A stretch of 63,690 nucleotides of DNA, the filler included, from Octopus bimaculoides (taxonomy: Eukaryota): assembly GCF_001194135.2 (NCBI RefSeq). It is 4 parts of 4 records of this genome, joined end to end, with 100 filler letters (N's around TTAATTAATTAA, not from the genome) between each part and the next. Parts side by side here need not be neighbours in the genome. Positions count along the whole stretch, not along the records: positions 1 to 29,809 come from NC_068982.1; 3 more parts are not named here. One strand, 5' to 3'. Of the stretch, positions 1 to 12,893 are shown piece after piece; position 1 is the stretch's first letter; every line of letters starts with the position of its first letter. The position numbers and the translations under genes were made by a program. The notes below the pieces were generated by a model. That model worked only from the letters and a program-made list of their open reading frames with translations. It made no database searches and was not told the DNA's origin.

Positions 1-11
1 CCCTAATATTA

Positions 12-43
<32 letters not shown>

Positions 44-466
44 TACTCGACTAAAGGCAGTGCTCTAGCATGGCTACAGGCAAATGACTGAAACAAGTCA
101 AAGAGTAAAAGAGTAATCACAAACCCAAATTTAATATTTAAAAAATTCTCCAAACACCCCTACATAACAATATATATATATATATCTATATCTACACAGT
201 CAAAATATGAGAGGTGTATATTCTGAATTTAGAAAACACTTAATAGTTTTGAACTTAGTCTCCGTAACCTTTATAATGGGGTGAAGTGTCGCTATAAGAG
301 GAATCCAGGTGACCTGATAAGGATTAAGCTTTATAAATATAAATGTACGTATATACATACATATATTCCTGCATATACATATATAGATACATATAGATTT
401 ATAAAGAAAAATATATTGATACCTAGATACATAAATATACATATATTCCTCCTTCCGTCTTTCAAT

Positions 467-503
<37 letters not shown>

Positions 504-1198
504 NNNNNNNNNNGGGAGTGAGAGAGACATATGTAACTAAAATTTTCAGAAGGTAAACACATGTACAAGTACACACATACATATATAAAGAGAGAGGGGA
601 GGGAGAGAGAAAGAGAGATACAAATAAATTTAAGTTGAACATTAAAATATCGGAATACTAAAAACAGAATGCTTAGTTTTTTTTTACTGGATTTGTATTG
701 AAAATAATACAATTTCTTCGAAAAAAAAAAAAATTAATAATTTAAATCTCTAAACCTTTTCGAGGAAATCTGTTTTTAGAAACTTTTTTCGAAATTTTTC
801 TTGCTTCTCATCTTAGTATTTTTTGTTGAAGTCAAATCCTTTTCGACCTCTTCTGCTTCGCTAAAATGTGATGTTATTATAATGGAAACTCGATATGGAA
901 ATTATTTGCGTACGTGTCTGTGTTTGTGGGCGTGCACGTGCATTTCTTCTATGTATTGCGTACTGGTTCCAAGTTTTGATAGAAGGACAGTAATTGCAGA
1001 GAAGAGGGACGTCGATTACATCGATCCCCGATGCTCAACAGATACATATTCTATCGATCTCGAAAGGATGCAAGGGAAAATCGGTTCCGGTGGAATTTGA
1101 ACTCAAAAGGTAAAGTCGGAAGAAATAGCACTGAGAATTTTATCCGGCGCGGAAACGATTTTGCCAGCTCACTGCTATCATTATATATCGTGCATTAA

Positions 1199-1423
1199 GG
1201 CGGCGAGCTGGCAGAGTCGTTAGCACGCCGGGCGAAATACTTAGCGGCATTTCGGCTGTCTGCATGTCCTGAGTTCAAATGCCGCTGGGGTCGACTTGGC
1301 TTTTCATCATTTTGGAGTCGATAAATTAAGTACCAGTGATACACTGGGGTCGATGTAATCGACTCCCTACAAATTTGCCCTTCCTACAAATTTCAAGTTT
1401 TATGCCTCCAGTAGAAAGGATTA
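1199..1423 (+). mobile_element. SINE family B (head GGCGGCGAGCTGGCAG..., tail ...GCCT.GAGTAGAAAGGATT)
   Basis: A-box-like TGGCAGAGTCG, B-box-like GAGTTCAAATGCC; flanked by further copies at 985-1175(-) and 1518-1665(+). Confidence 0.88.
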
Positions 1424-2230
1424 TATATTGCGTATTAATATTTAATATTTATTCCTATATTTTCACATTATTTATACTCGGATGTTTATAAACATAAGCA
1501 CATCAAGTTTTAGAGAGGTTTTGAGTTCAAATTCCACCGAGGTCGACTTTTCCTTTCATCCTTTCGGAGTCGATAAATTAAGTACCAGTTGCGTAGTGGG
1601 GTCGATCTAATCGACTGACCCCCTCCCCTCAAAATTTCGGGCCTTGTGCTTAGAGTAGAAAAGAAAATTTAATTTATATGCTGCCTGAAATAAATCTCAC
1701 TACTTAATATGCTGCACGACGATAAATTTTGGAATATTGAGTATACGAACCGGTTATGTTGCTATTTAAAACTCATCATGTTTTAGTCTCTACCTCACCT
1801 TCAGAAGATGTTAGGAAGACGCAGCGGAAGCTATCATTAATATTGCTTACACAACAGTTATGCAGAGTGAAACATTTATTTTCTATAACATACAAAGCTA
1901 TTTTTATCAAAATGTTACAATGAATGCAAACTGACGTAGATGTATGTTAATTTATGCATGAATATAAAGAATATAAATGTTTCTTTATGACTAAATTCTA
2001 ACAAATACTGCCTTGTTATTTAACATCTTCAAATTTTCGTGACATGGAAATACTTAAATAAATATCCGTTCCTTAGACATTAGAAGATGTCTGTTCGTTT
2101 CCTAGTAACAACGAAAATATCAACTCATATTTACACACACACACACACACGCACGCACGTTCGCACACACGCACGCACGTTCGCACACGCACGCACACAC
2201 ACACACACGTACACGCACACACATACACAC

Positions 2231-2273
<43 letters not shown>

Positions 2274-2407
2274 CAAATACACATACACAAATACGCGCGA
2301 GCACGCACTCACAGTGTAGTTAAAAGCGTTCGTCTGGAAGCCACTTGGTTCTGGATTCGATCTCAGAAAACCTTTGTCTTGGGTTGACCAATGTTTAATG
2401 AGAACAA

Positions 2408-3025
2408 GGCGGCCAGCTGGCTGAAGCGTTAGCACGCCGGGCGAAATGCTTAGCGGTATCCCGTCTCTGTGAAGTCAGTGCGTGAGTCTATGTTGAACTG
2501 TTCATTGAAGAAAACTACAGAAAATTGAAAGAGATGTGTGGAGATAATGTTGACCCACAAGGAGTGGAGGTAGAATTTAAAGAGTTGCCACCAGTGGCGG
2601 ATTTGAGAGATATCGAACCACTAATGAAGTTCTACTAAAAACAAAAAAGGAAAAAAAAGAGAACAATTGTAAATAGTACATATAACGGTTCAAATGGTAC
2701 CGCATGGGAGTGGGGTCCATACAACTTTCATTTCATTTACATTCGTTTTATGTTTTTTATCCCCACTGTGGTCTTGTCTGTCTTTGTGGTGTCCTCATCT
2801 GTGTTTGGGGCTTTATGCCTAATAAAGAAATCGGTATTTCGTCTGCCGTTACGTTCTGAGTTCAAATTCCACCGAAGTCGACTTTGCCTTTCATCCTTTC
2901 GGGGTCGAGTATATAAGTACCAGTTACACACTGGCGATCGATGTAATCGACTTAATCCCTTTGTCTGTCCTTGTTCGTCCCCTCTATGTTTAGCACCCCA
3001 CCCCGTGGGCAATAAAGAAATAAAT
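2408..3025 (+). mobile_element. SINE family B (AATAAAGAAAT tail variant) split by a 365-bp insertion
   Basis: Head 2408-2466, resumes at 2832; duplicated CGGTAT(CC/TT)CGTCT on both sides of the insertion. Confidence 0.85.
2467..2831 (+). mobile_element. 5'-truncated retro-insertion: 50-codon open frame, A-rich tract, 3' tail resembling the SINE B tail
   Basis: 2486-2638 encodes VYVELFIEENYRKLKEMCGDNVDPQGVEVEFKELPPVADLRDIEPLMKFY*; ends TTGTCTGTCTTTGT...TGTTTGG...AATAAAGAAAT; 13-bp TSD with 11/13 identity. Confidence 0.6.
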
Positions 3026-3339
3026 ACTTAATGAGAGGAATTTGGCAGAAAGAAACTGAACCAAAATATGTCGTGTGTGCGTATGTGTATGTATGTGTGT
3101 TGTAGAAAAACTAGTATGGAAATTATACTTCAATCTGAAACCATTCTTTATGCTTCATTTTAAATTTCCTTTTCCTTGTGAGTCAAGATCGTATTTAATC
3201 CCAAGAGGTGGACCGAAGTTCATGTACAATCAATGAGTATCACATTAGATGTTTTATTTTGTTGAGACTAAGGATTGAAACTAACAAAATAAAGCAAACG
3301 AACAGATAGAGTAGCTACCATTGTTTAATGAAACAAAAG

Positions 3340-3720
3340 AACATATAAAACTTGGCTGTGCATTGCCACAGAAAGAGTTGTCGGTCTCGGCCAGGAAATC
3401 ATTAGAAGCATGCAATACATTTCAATAGCATGGACGGAGAACAATATACCCGATGGATACACAAGTACATTTATCGTAACACTATCTCCTTGTAATCAAA
3501 ATTCTCAACAACAGCAGTAAAGAAAGCGGCAGGGGTGCCAACTTGAAGATTAGAAGTCATAACTCTTCTGCATTCATATAAAATGGAATTGCTAGCCGAT
3601 AGGTTCGTTGTAAATCTCGTTATTGATAATGCAGTTTCATGAAGCATGTCAGATAAAATTTATATGCAGGTGAGTTGTTACGAGAACTAAAACAGCAGAC
3701 CTGAAGGTATTCAAAATCAA
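3340..3720 (+). mobile_element. Very old LINE RT remnant (RTE-like)
   Basis: Fragments LEACNTF, IAWTENNIPDGYTSTFIVTL and ITLLHSYK echo the RT-start motifs W.E..IP..W...IV and RGITLL..YK. Confidence 0.4.
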
Positions 3721-3811
3721 GCAGACAGAGGAATGAATATACGCATATATATATATATATATATATATTTATCTTATATTATATTATATTATATATAAGG
3801 AAATTAACACG

Positions 3812-3886
<75 letters not shown>

Positions 3887-4354
3887 GCAAGGGTATGCAT
3901 GTGTATGAGAATATATGTGAGTACATAACTGTAGGAAGATCACTGAAAACATTAAGTGAACGTAAGAGTATCTGATTTAAATGTCTTGTAAAAAGTTTTC
4001 CACGCTATGTATAAATAAATAAATAAATATATATGTATACATATATATATATGTGTGTGTGTGTGTGTTGTGCGTGCGTGCGTATAAATCCACACGTACC
4101 TAACACACACTTGTATATGTACACACATGTATACATATATGCATGAATGAATACCAATCGAAACCAATATCTCTTGGAAGTGGTATTAGTTTCAAACTTT
4201 GGTACAAGGCCAGCAATTTCGGGGTGGGGGCTAAGTCGATTACATCGACCCCAGTGCTCAATTGGTTCTTACTTTATCGATCTCAAGAGCATGAAAACCA
4301 AAGTCGAACCCTATTTGAACTCAGAACGTAAAGTTCGGGGTGCCGGTGTTACTC

Positions 4355-4780
4355 TTTTGCCTACCCGCTGTCTACGGCACTTCACATTTTTATAGAGAAC
4401 CCATTTCTCTTCACCAGACACTCTTCGGTCCAAAAAGAAGAGCACACTCGGTAAGTTTGTTAGAAACCCATTGACCCAATTTGCTGAACTTTGCGATGGC
4501 ACGCAGGTGTCGATGAATGGTTGAACGACTAAATCCAAGATACTCTGCTAGAGTTTTGTCAGATTGTATAAAAGTGCATAAATATACGCACCATAACAAT
4601 CATAATATTCAATTAGTGATGAATATATGAGGCGGAAAAAAACTCCAATAACATCAATTTGGTTTTTTGATATGAATCTATAAAAACGATAGCATAGTCG
4701 AAGATGCTGATAGCATAAAGATTTATTTAGGATTTTTAATAGAATTGAAAAGCAGCTGTTTCTCTGGTGATCCATCGATC
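4355..4780 (-). mobile_element. Decayed mariner transposase fragment
   Basis: Minus-strand frames give LAEYLGFSRSTIHRHLRAIAKFSKLGQWV (HTH plus WVPHEL-like) and FLDRRVSGEEKWVLYKNVKCRRQ (IVTGDEKW-like); frameshifted. Confidence 0.8.
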
Positions 4781-4955
4781 ATTTTATTCAAAGTGTATTT
4801 TTTGTTGTCGCTTAAACCTGTTTGATGCCAAAAATCCGTCGTTCCCGTAAAGTTAAAATCGAAATTGGATGATTCTTATTTTAATTTAGATAATTTACCT
4901 CGCTTTGTATTTTGCAAGATTGTTGATGTGAATTCGTGTATTGAAACAAATCTTA

Positions 4956-5260
4956 TTGTGTCTTGTGAGGGTTATTACACCAATAATAGTAACACATGCA
5001 CTTGTTCAATATCACTTCTTTATTGTTAGTCAATTACCAACTACCTGATTACTTGTTTAATGTGTTGCTTAAGCAATCGATTGATCGTACCATCCACAAC
5101 TGATTGCGGTTTAGATCAACAACCGATATATTAGCCAGCATATGAAACAAAAGATTGATTACTTGGTTAGATATTTAACCAATTGACTAACAGTCAAAAG
5201 TAATATTGAACCAGTGCGTGTGTTATTATTATTGGGGCAATGACCCTCGCAGGACACAAT
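4956..5260. repeat. Foldback/MITE-like imperfect palindrome
   Basis: 4956-5035 is the reverse complement of 5181-5260; a longer homologous arm lies at ~7680-7840. Confidence 0.7.
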
Positions 5261-5394
5261 TAGTTAATATATTTTCTCGAAATCATTAGCTCATACTGTT
5301 GCCAAAAAATGCTATAATTTTGGGTAGATTAATCTTAACTTCTGTCTGGAACATCATTCGCTACAAGAAAACTATAAGCAAGGGACTATATTTA

Positions 5395-5626
5395 TTCTTT
5401 TCTACTCTAGGCACAAGGCCTAAAATTCTGGGGGAGTGGTCCAGTCGATTAGATCGACACCAGTACTTAATTTATCGACTCCAGTACGCAACTGGTACTT
5501 AATTTATCCACCCCGAAAGGATGACAGGCAAAGTCGATCTCGGCGGAATTTGAACTCAGAACGTAAAGACAGAAGAAATACCTCTAATCATTTCGCCCGG
5601 CGTGCTAACGTTTCTGCCAGCTCGCC
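5395..5626 (-). mobile_element. SINE family B, full-length
   Basis: Colinear reverse complement of the family B head, body and tail; further minus copies at ~4190-4335, 29056-29256, 45640-45850, 52950-53130, 53215-53400, 54130-54325, 54345-54540. Confidence 0.88.
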
Positions 5627-5714
5627 AAGTACTATTATATTGCAAATGCAAAACATAAGCACAAGAAAAATACCAATAAAACAAAGAATCATTCGTCGGT
5701 TTAGATTGCCATAG

Positions 5715-6060
5715 AAAGAACATATGACATATTTAACAATGACAATAACAAATTGAGTTACAACTCCTTATGATCCCATTTGTAATATCATACTCAAGAA
5801 AATATCGACAGTGACTGCAATTAAACCAAGCAGTTTCGAAAGTATCTTGTCTCTGCTAAATGTATATCAAGTAAATATTTGATATATTGAGCAAGAAATC
5901 CAGCAAAGAAAAAACTATGTGAAAAATCTAAAGCGTTATTGGAAAGCATTTTCCGGAGCTAATTATATCAAAACATCAGTTTACTTTCTGATTGCTTTAA
6001 AGGAAAGAGAACATCGTTCTTCGAACATGTATCAATAAGAAGCAAGAATAACAAAAGGCC
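5715..6060 (+). mobile_element. Possible decayed Penelope-like ORF 3' part
   Basis: YDIFNNDNNKLSYNS resembles the KIFNRNTIKLSYSC motif of Penelope-like elements; the rest is heavily degraded. Confidence 0.35.
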
Positions 6061-7359
6061 GACCCAACCCAACTTCAAAAGCATATAACACATCTTACAA
6101 TGCAACACTCATATATAAATGAAAAATAAATCAAGAGAGAAAATGAACGACAGATCGTTCTTGAGAAACAGTTAATGAAACATCAATCAACATAATTTTC
6201 TGTTTCTCTCTCACATTACTCATCTCTCTTCCTATCTCACTCTCAGTTCAATTTGCCTTGTATTTTTCTTTCATTATATATATACGTGTGTGGAGGCGGC
6301 GAGCTGGCAAAAACGTTAGCTAGCAAAAACGTTGACACACAAGTACATACACAAACATGGCGGCAGTATAATGACTGAAACCGGTAAAAGAGTATATATA
6401 CGAGAGGATTCTTTCAGTTTCTCCTTTACCAAATCCACTCACATGGCCTTGGTTGATCCGACGCTATAGTAGAAAACACTTGCCCAAGATATCACGAAGT
6501 GGGACTGAATTCGGAACCGTGCGTTTCGGAAGCAAGCTTCTTACCACACAGCCACGCCTGCGCCTATCAGTTGGATAATACAGTATGAAAACATTATATC
6601 AATGAATGTTACATGGTGAACCAATGGAATCCAAGCAAAAGATTGGGGAAAAAAATGGTCTTCGTTTGCAAAATGTACGCCATCTGCTCAAATTAGTAAA
6701 TTGGTGGATGCTATTAATTTCGAAAGTTCACGCAGAAAATTCTTCCAGACAAAATATAAAAAACGCAGAGCTGACTTTTTAGTTGAGTATTTTTTTTTTT
6801 ACTTTCCTGTGAGTTATAGAAGTTGTACCAAAATTAGTTTGTTCAGAGTCAAAATAACCAGCAGAATTCATTGGTTAAACTTCCAAGTTTATTTCTGTTC
6901 TACGAACGATACACTTCTTTGCTTGTTTAGAAATTATATGCACGGATTTAGGTTTTGTCGAGAAATGAGTAAACCTAGCTTGATATGAAGTTTAACAACT
7001 CCATTAACTGCTCCTATGACAGTAGCATCTTAACAGCATAGGAACTTATTACCTTTTTAGTAAAGTAGAAATTTCAAACGAGCCGACGAATGTAACAGTA
7101 TTCGTAGCTATCGCTGTTTCCGCAGTTAATGATGATGTTAAGCGAAGAGGAAGAGGAAGAGGACGAAAAAGAAGTTTAGGGGGAAGAGGAGGCTGAACAT
7201 GAAGATGATGGTGGCGGTGACAGCTGTGGCTGTCATCATCACAATCCTCATCATTACCTTCACCATAACAACAAAATAGTTTTTTTAGGAAGGTTGCAGA
7301 TAGCTAATGCACATATGCACACTCACAAACACATGCAGGCAGTCACGCGGGCGTAGACA

Positions 7360-7456
<97 letters not shown>

Positions 7457-8299
7457 CGTTCACTCTCACCCTTCCCTTCTCTTCTAAACAAATATACATC
7501 TACATACACACAGGCACAAGACTTATTCTCAGACAGACTCGGAGTAGATCTTGAAGCGTGAGTACAGGTCATTGACAAAGTCGCAAGTAGCGACAAAAGG
7601 ACTTTGAATAACAAAAAACAAAACGATAGATTATTTAACCAGTACATTAGACAAACGATCGATTAGTCAGTTTGTTACATATTTAACCAACTGACTAAAA
7701 ATAAAGAAGTGATATTGAACCAGTGCGTGTTTTATTTTTATCGTTGGTGTAATGACCCACCCAACACACAACAAGATTTGTTTCATGCAGAAATCCACAT
7801 CAAGAACCTTGTAAACCAGATAAAAAACGAAGTAACATAGTTAACATTAAACATCAATTTGTTATATTAATAATGTTCTGTCATCATTCCACACGAAACG
7901 GTGGCAGCCTGCAATGTTTTCCCAAAACATAGCTACGTAGTATACACTATATTACATGTATGGTGAAAGCCGTTTATTCTTATCACGGATAATGCTAACA
8001 AAGCAACTTTTATCAAAATTAGTTGATCTCATGCTCGCAGAGGATATTCCTAAATCGCAAGTTGATGTTATCTACTGGTTATCGTTATCTAAAAAGCTAT
8101 ACCCTACAATGATCATTATAAACGGCGTCAATTATACTAGAAGATATATACTACTCAAGCCATTTCGCATAGGAAGCATTTATTCTCCTTTAACTTACAA
8201 AGAGTAGCAACCAACAATTATCCAGCAAAATGATTTAAAATTTTCTTTCTATTGTTGTAGATATTGCTGTCTTGTAGATACTGCAGGCAGGCTGTTATG

Positions 8300-8318
8300 G
8301 CAATTAGCTAGGTAGGAG

Positions 8319-8350
<32 letters not shown>

Positions 8351-8616
8351 CATGTATGTATGTATGTATGTATGTATGCATGTATGTATGTGTGTGTGTG
8401 TGTACGTATGTATGTATGCATGTATATGTGTATGTCGGTATGTATGTGGGTACGTATGTATGTATGTATATATGTGTGTAATGTATGTGTGTGTATGTAT
8501 GTATGTGGGTGTATGTATGTATGCATGTATGTATGCATGCATGTATGTAAATATGTATAAATATATATATGTATGCGTGTATGCATGCGCGAATGTATGA
8601 CTGAAATTCGACGTAC

Positions 8617-8689
<73 letters not shown>

Positions 8690-8806
8690 GACATATATGT
8701 GTGTATGTATATGTGTGTATACATTTATATATATACATATATGTATATATACATGCATATACATACATATATGTACATATATATATATACATATATATAT
8801 ACGTAC

Positions 8807-8837
<31 letters not shown>

Positions 8838-9110
8838 TAGATATACATATATATACATACATAGGCATAAATTAGTAGGTAGACCCATGTATTTATGTCT
8901 AAGTATGTGTATGATTGCATGAATTTATAATGATAGTATAGATTATAAAGATAAGTATAGTTTGCATATACGAAATAGATTCATGCATGTTGTCGTATGC
9001 ACGTATGTATATATATGTACATGCATGAATGCGTATACATATAATTAGATGCATACGTACATGACGATGCATATGTAATATTAATAGATGGTGCTTTGCA
9101 GAAGTGTGTA
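8300..9110. repeat. Compound (GT)n/(ATGT)n/(AT)n microsatellite field
   Basis: Representative of many such fields (e.g. 2120-2310, 7360-7450, 12530-12880, 14240-14455, 18410-18500, 27430-27960, 49080-50800). Confidence 0.95.
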
Positions 9111-9935
9111 NNNNNNNNNNNNNNNNNNNNNNNNNNNNNNNNNNNNNNNNNNNNNNNNNNNNNNNNNNNNNNNNNNNNNNNNNNNNNNNNNNNNNNNNNN
9201 NNNNNNNNNNNNNNNNNNNNNNNNNNNNNNNNNNNNNNNNNNNNNNNNNNNNNNNNNNNNNNNNNNNNNNNNNNNNNNNNNNNNNNNNNNNNNNNNNNNN
9301 NNNNNNNNNNNNNNNNNNNNNNNNNNNNNNNNNNNNNNNNNNNNNNNNNNNNNNNNNNNNNNNNNNNNNNNNNNNNNNNNNNNNNNNNNNNNNNNNNNNN
9401 NNNNNNNNNNNNNNNNNNNNNNNNNNNNNNNNNNNNNNNNNNNNNNNNNNNNNNNNNNNNNNNNNNNNNNNNNNNNNNNNNNNNNNNNNNNNNNNNNNNN
9501 NNNNNNNNNNNNNNNNNNNNNNNNNNNNNNNNNNNNNNNNNNNNNNNNNNNNNNNNNNNNNNNNNNNNNNNNNNNNNNNNNNNNNNNNNNNNNNNNNNNN
9601 NNNNNNNNNNNNNNNNNNNNNNNNNNNNNNNNNNNNNNNNNNNNNNNNNNNNNNNNNNNNNNNNNNNNNNNNNNNNNNNNNNNNNNNNNNNNNNNNNNNN
9701 NNNNNNNNNNNNNNNNNNNNNNNNNNNNNNNNNNNNNNNNNNNNNNNNNNNNNNNNNNNNNNNNNNNNNNNNNNNNNNNNNNNNNNNNNNNNNNNNNNNN
9801 NNNNNNNNNNNNNNNNNNNNNNNNNNNNNNNNNNNNNNNNNNNNNNNNNNNNNNNNNNNNNNNNNNNNNNNNNNNNNNNNNNNNNNNNNNNNNNNNNNNN
9901 NNNNNNNNNNNNNNNNNNNNNNNNNNNNNNNNNNN

Positions 9936-9982
<47 letters not shown>

Positions 9983-10374
9983 ACCGTTTCTATGTATAAC
10001 TAAGGGTATCGAAACACCTACTATGCTAGAAATAAAAGTTAAAACACTCCTAATGCCGTAGGAATACCGCAGATGTATACACATATGCTGACAGTGGGGG
10101 ACGTCACCGACCCATGACCGACTTGAGAATCCGCAGACTAGACGTCTAGTTTCGCCTATTCCGTAGGCATCGACAGTGATAACTGCTCGAACGGCACATG
10201 TTCGACTAATTCCGTCTGTCAGCATATATGTGTTTACCATAAGAATTTATGGAAGGTGTAGCGGAATGTTAATGCGTGTACAAAATATTAATAGAAACAG
10301 CTAAGTGCAATGTATATATATATATGTATATATATATATATAAGTGCAATACATACATATATATTATGTGCGCG

Positions 10375-10454
<80 letters not shown>

Positions 10455-11210
10455 TGTGTTTGTGTGTGTGTGTGTACTGTTCAGGCTTTGTAAAATTGTG
10501 CGCAGATAATACGAGACAATCGAATTCCTTATTCGGAAATTTTCACCTTTTAATTCTTTTGTTGTTGAGTTAGGGTAAAGAGCAATAGGAACTAAATCTG
10601 ATTGGCGATGTTTCTTTGAGGAGAGATGATGCCAAAAAAATATTACAACAGTTTTTCAGCGAATGTTAATTTAAATCGAATTGAATTTGTTATTGTTCAT
10701 TCAGAACTTGTTTGATCTCCTCAAAAACATTCGTTACTTTTGTTTTCTTTGAATTTCACTCTAGGCATAAAACTTGTGAAAAGTATACACTAAAAATATC
10801 TTATATTTCGAAATATCTTATGTTTCGAAATGATTACGTGATGGGATCTGTCTGATGGGATCTCATTTGTTGCTAGTATACTCCTATGCATTCTGATAGT
10901 AAATTTTCAGTTTGGTCAATATATATCCTTCCAATTCGGACATTTCATACAGCAAAACATATTTCTGCTTTCATATTTGCAGTTATAACTATATTTCTTC
11001 TGCTCTTTTTGTTGATATAATGGCCAGTAGGAACCATCAACTTTGTGCTGCAAATTAGTAGAAATAGCAGTCGAACTTTCCTCAAAAACGACCCTACTCC
11101 TCAATATATAATCACATACAAACATATACATACATACATACATACACACATAGACTCACAAACACACTCTCACAAACACTTATGTATAGTGTTTATATTA
11201 GTCAGACTGG

Positions 11211-11724
11211 TGTCTTCATTTTGATAGCAGCTTTCACTACGTTTTGGCTGTTGTACACTCCAACCTTTTTCAGTTGTCTTGTGTTGAACTCGGTTGTTGG
11301 TATTACGAAAGCAGCGCGTAAGCTAGGACCTGACAGCTACATAAACAGGCCATGTACAGAGATGAATACAATATTGGAACCAATAATTAAGAAAGGAAAG
11401 GACAAGCTATCACAGCAGATTACATAGACATTAGGTTTATAAGTCTTAAAAATACTCTCTGGTACCTACGAACATAGCGTAGTAGATAAATACGTTGGTT
11501 GATTCAGTGTTGTCGGTTTGAGGTTCTGAGTTCAATGCCAAGGAAGGCACTAAGGTAATTCATAAAAAAATTAACTGAAGCAAACAATGTCAGAGAGTGG
11601 AATAAGAGCAACGTACCCCTGTTGAAAGAAAAGATTTGGTTCGAAATTCCGATACAACACAAGACACGTGAAAAAGACCGGAGAGTACAACAGCCGTAAC
11701 GGAGTGAAACCAACAATCAAGATG
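11211..11724. mobile_element. Older, degraded member of the same inverted hammerhead-arm family, with a tRNA-like A/B box in the spacer
   Basis: Left arm 11211-11293 (minus) and right arm ~11638-11724 (plus) are ~80% identical inverted copies. The right arm CAAGACACGTGAAAAAGACCGGAGAGTACAACAGCCGTAACGGAGTG aligns to CAAGACACCTGATGAAGGCTGGAGGGTATATCAGCCGAAACGTTGTG of the 26.3-kb element. A-box-like TAGCGTAGTAG at 11475, B-box-like GTTCAATGC at 11530. Confidence 0.7.
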
Positions 11725-12329
11725 GGTTTATTAGACGGAAACTGAAAGTAGCCCTTCGTATATAAATATGTCTGTGTGTGTGTGTTTTCATTTGTCCTTC
11801 CATCACTTGTCAAACGGTGTGGGTTTGTTTACGTTCCTGTAACTTAGTGACTCTGCGAAAATATGTGTTAACATAAGCGCAAGAAGTAGCGAAGTCGATT
11901 GTTTTCGACTGTAACCCTACATGGCGGTGACCCAGCATGGCCGCAGTCCAATGACTGAAATCAGTAAAAGATAAAAGAGAAACTCAAGACCGAACTATGC
12001 TACAAACAATAATTACAATCTATTCTGAGTAAATATCAAATTTTCTCCAATCTTAGAAAAGGGTAGTTTCCGAGATATCAAATTTTCTCTTGACGCCTCA
12101 GGTATTGTATGTCTTAGATAACAACTTTTGCTTTTCATGATAAATGGTAAACAAATGAAAATGGTACACGGCAGAAACAAATTGAGAGTATGTGAATATA
12201 CACTGATGCCCGGAAGAGGTGAAAAATATGAATGTATGTGTACACGTCTATTAGAAAACACACATATTCTAAGCACATATAAATACATGTGTATATATAT
12301 ATACATATATATGTGTGTGNNNNNNNNNN

Positions 12330-12384
<55 letters not shown>

Positions 12385-12674
12385 CACACACATGCGGGCA
12401 CACACACACAGATTCACAGACATATAATCATCTCAAAATACGAACCATAAAAAATATCTTTATAGATATTGAAAAATCTTGCTCATACATGACAACGAAA
12501 ATCCTTTGAACCTGTTATAATGAAATTATATGTGCGCGCGCGCATGGGTAGCGTGTGTTTATATACATCCACACAGATTCATAAGTATACGCACACATAT
12601 ATATATATACAGACACATACCTATGAACATACGTATAAATACGTATATTATGTATAGGTATATATATATGTATG

Positions 12675-12756
<82 letters not shown>

Positions 12757-12893
12757 CATATATATACATGTATATATATTTTTGCAGAATATATTTATAT
12801 TTATATGTTATATAATACATAATATATTCATACATGTATAATATATAATGTATTATATATATATATATATATATGTGTAATACATTATATTGT

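Noticed and set aside
980-1665. Recurring palindromic GTCGAT..ATCGAC repeats as a CRISPR-like array
   Set aside because: Eukaryotic context, irregular spacing, mixed orientation, and each lies inside a SINE copy
11182-11813. Two hydrophobic ORFs (11182-11427 plus, 11571-11813 minus) that look like transmembrane helices or GPCR exons
   Set aside because: Their similarity comes from the inverted arms of the degraded hammerhead element; no GPCR motifs or matching splice phase
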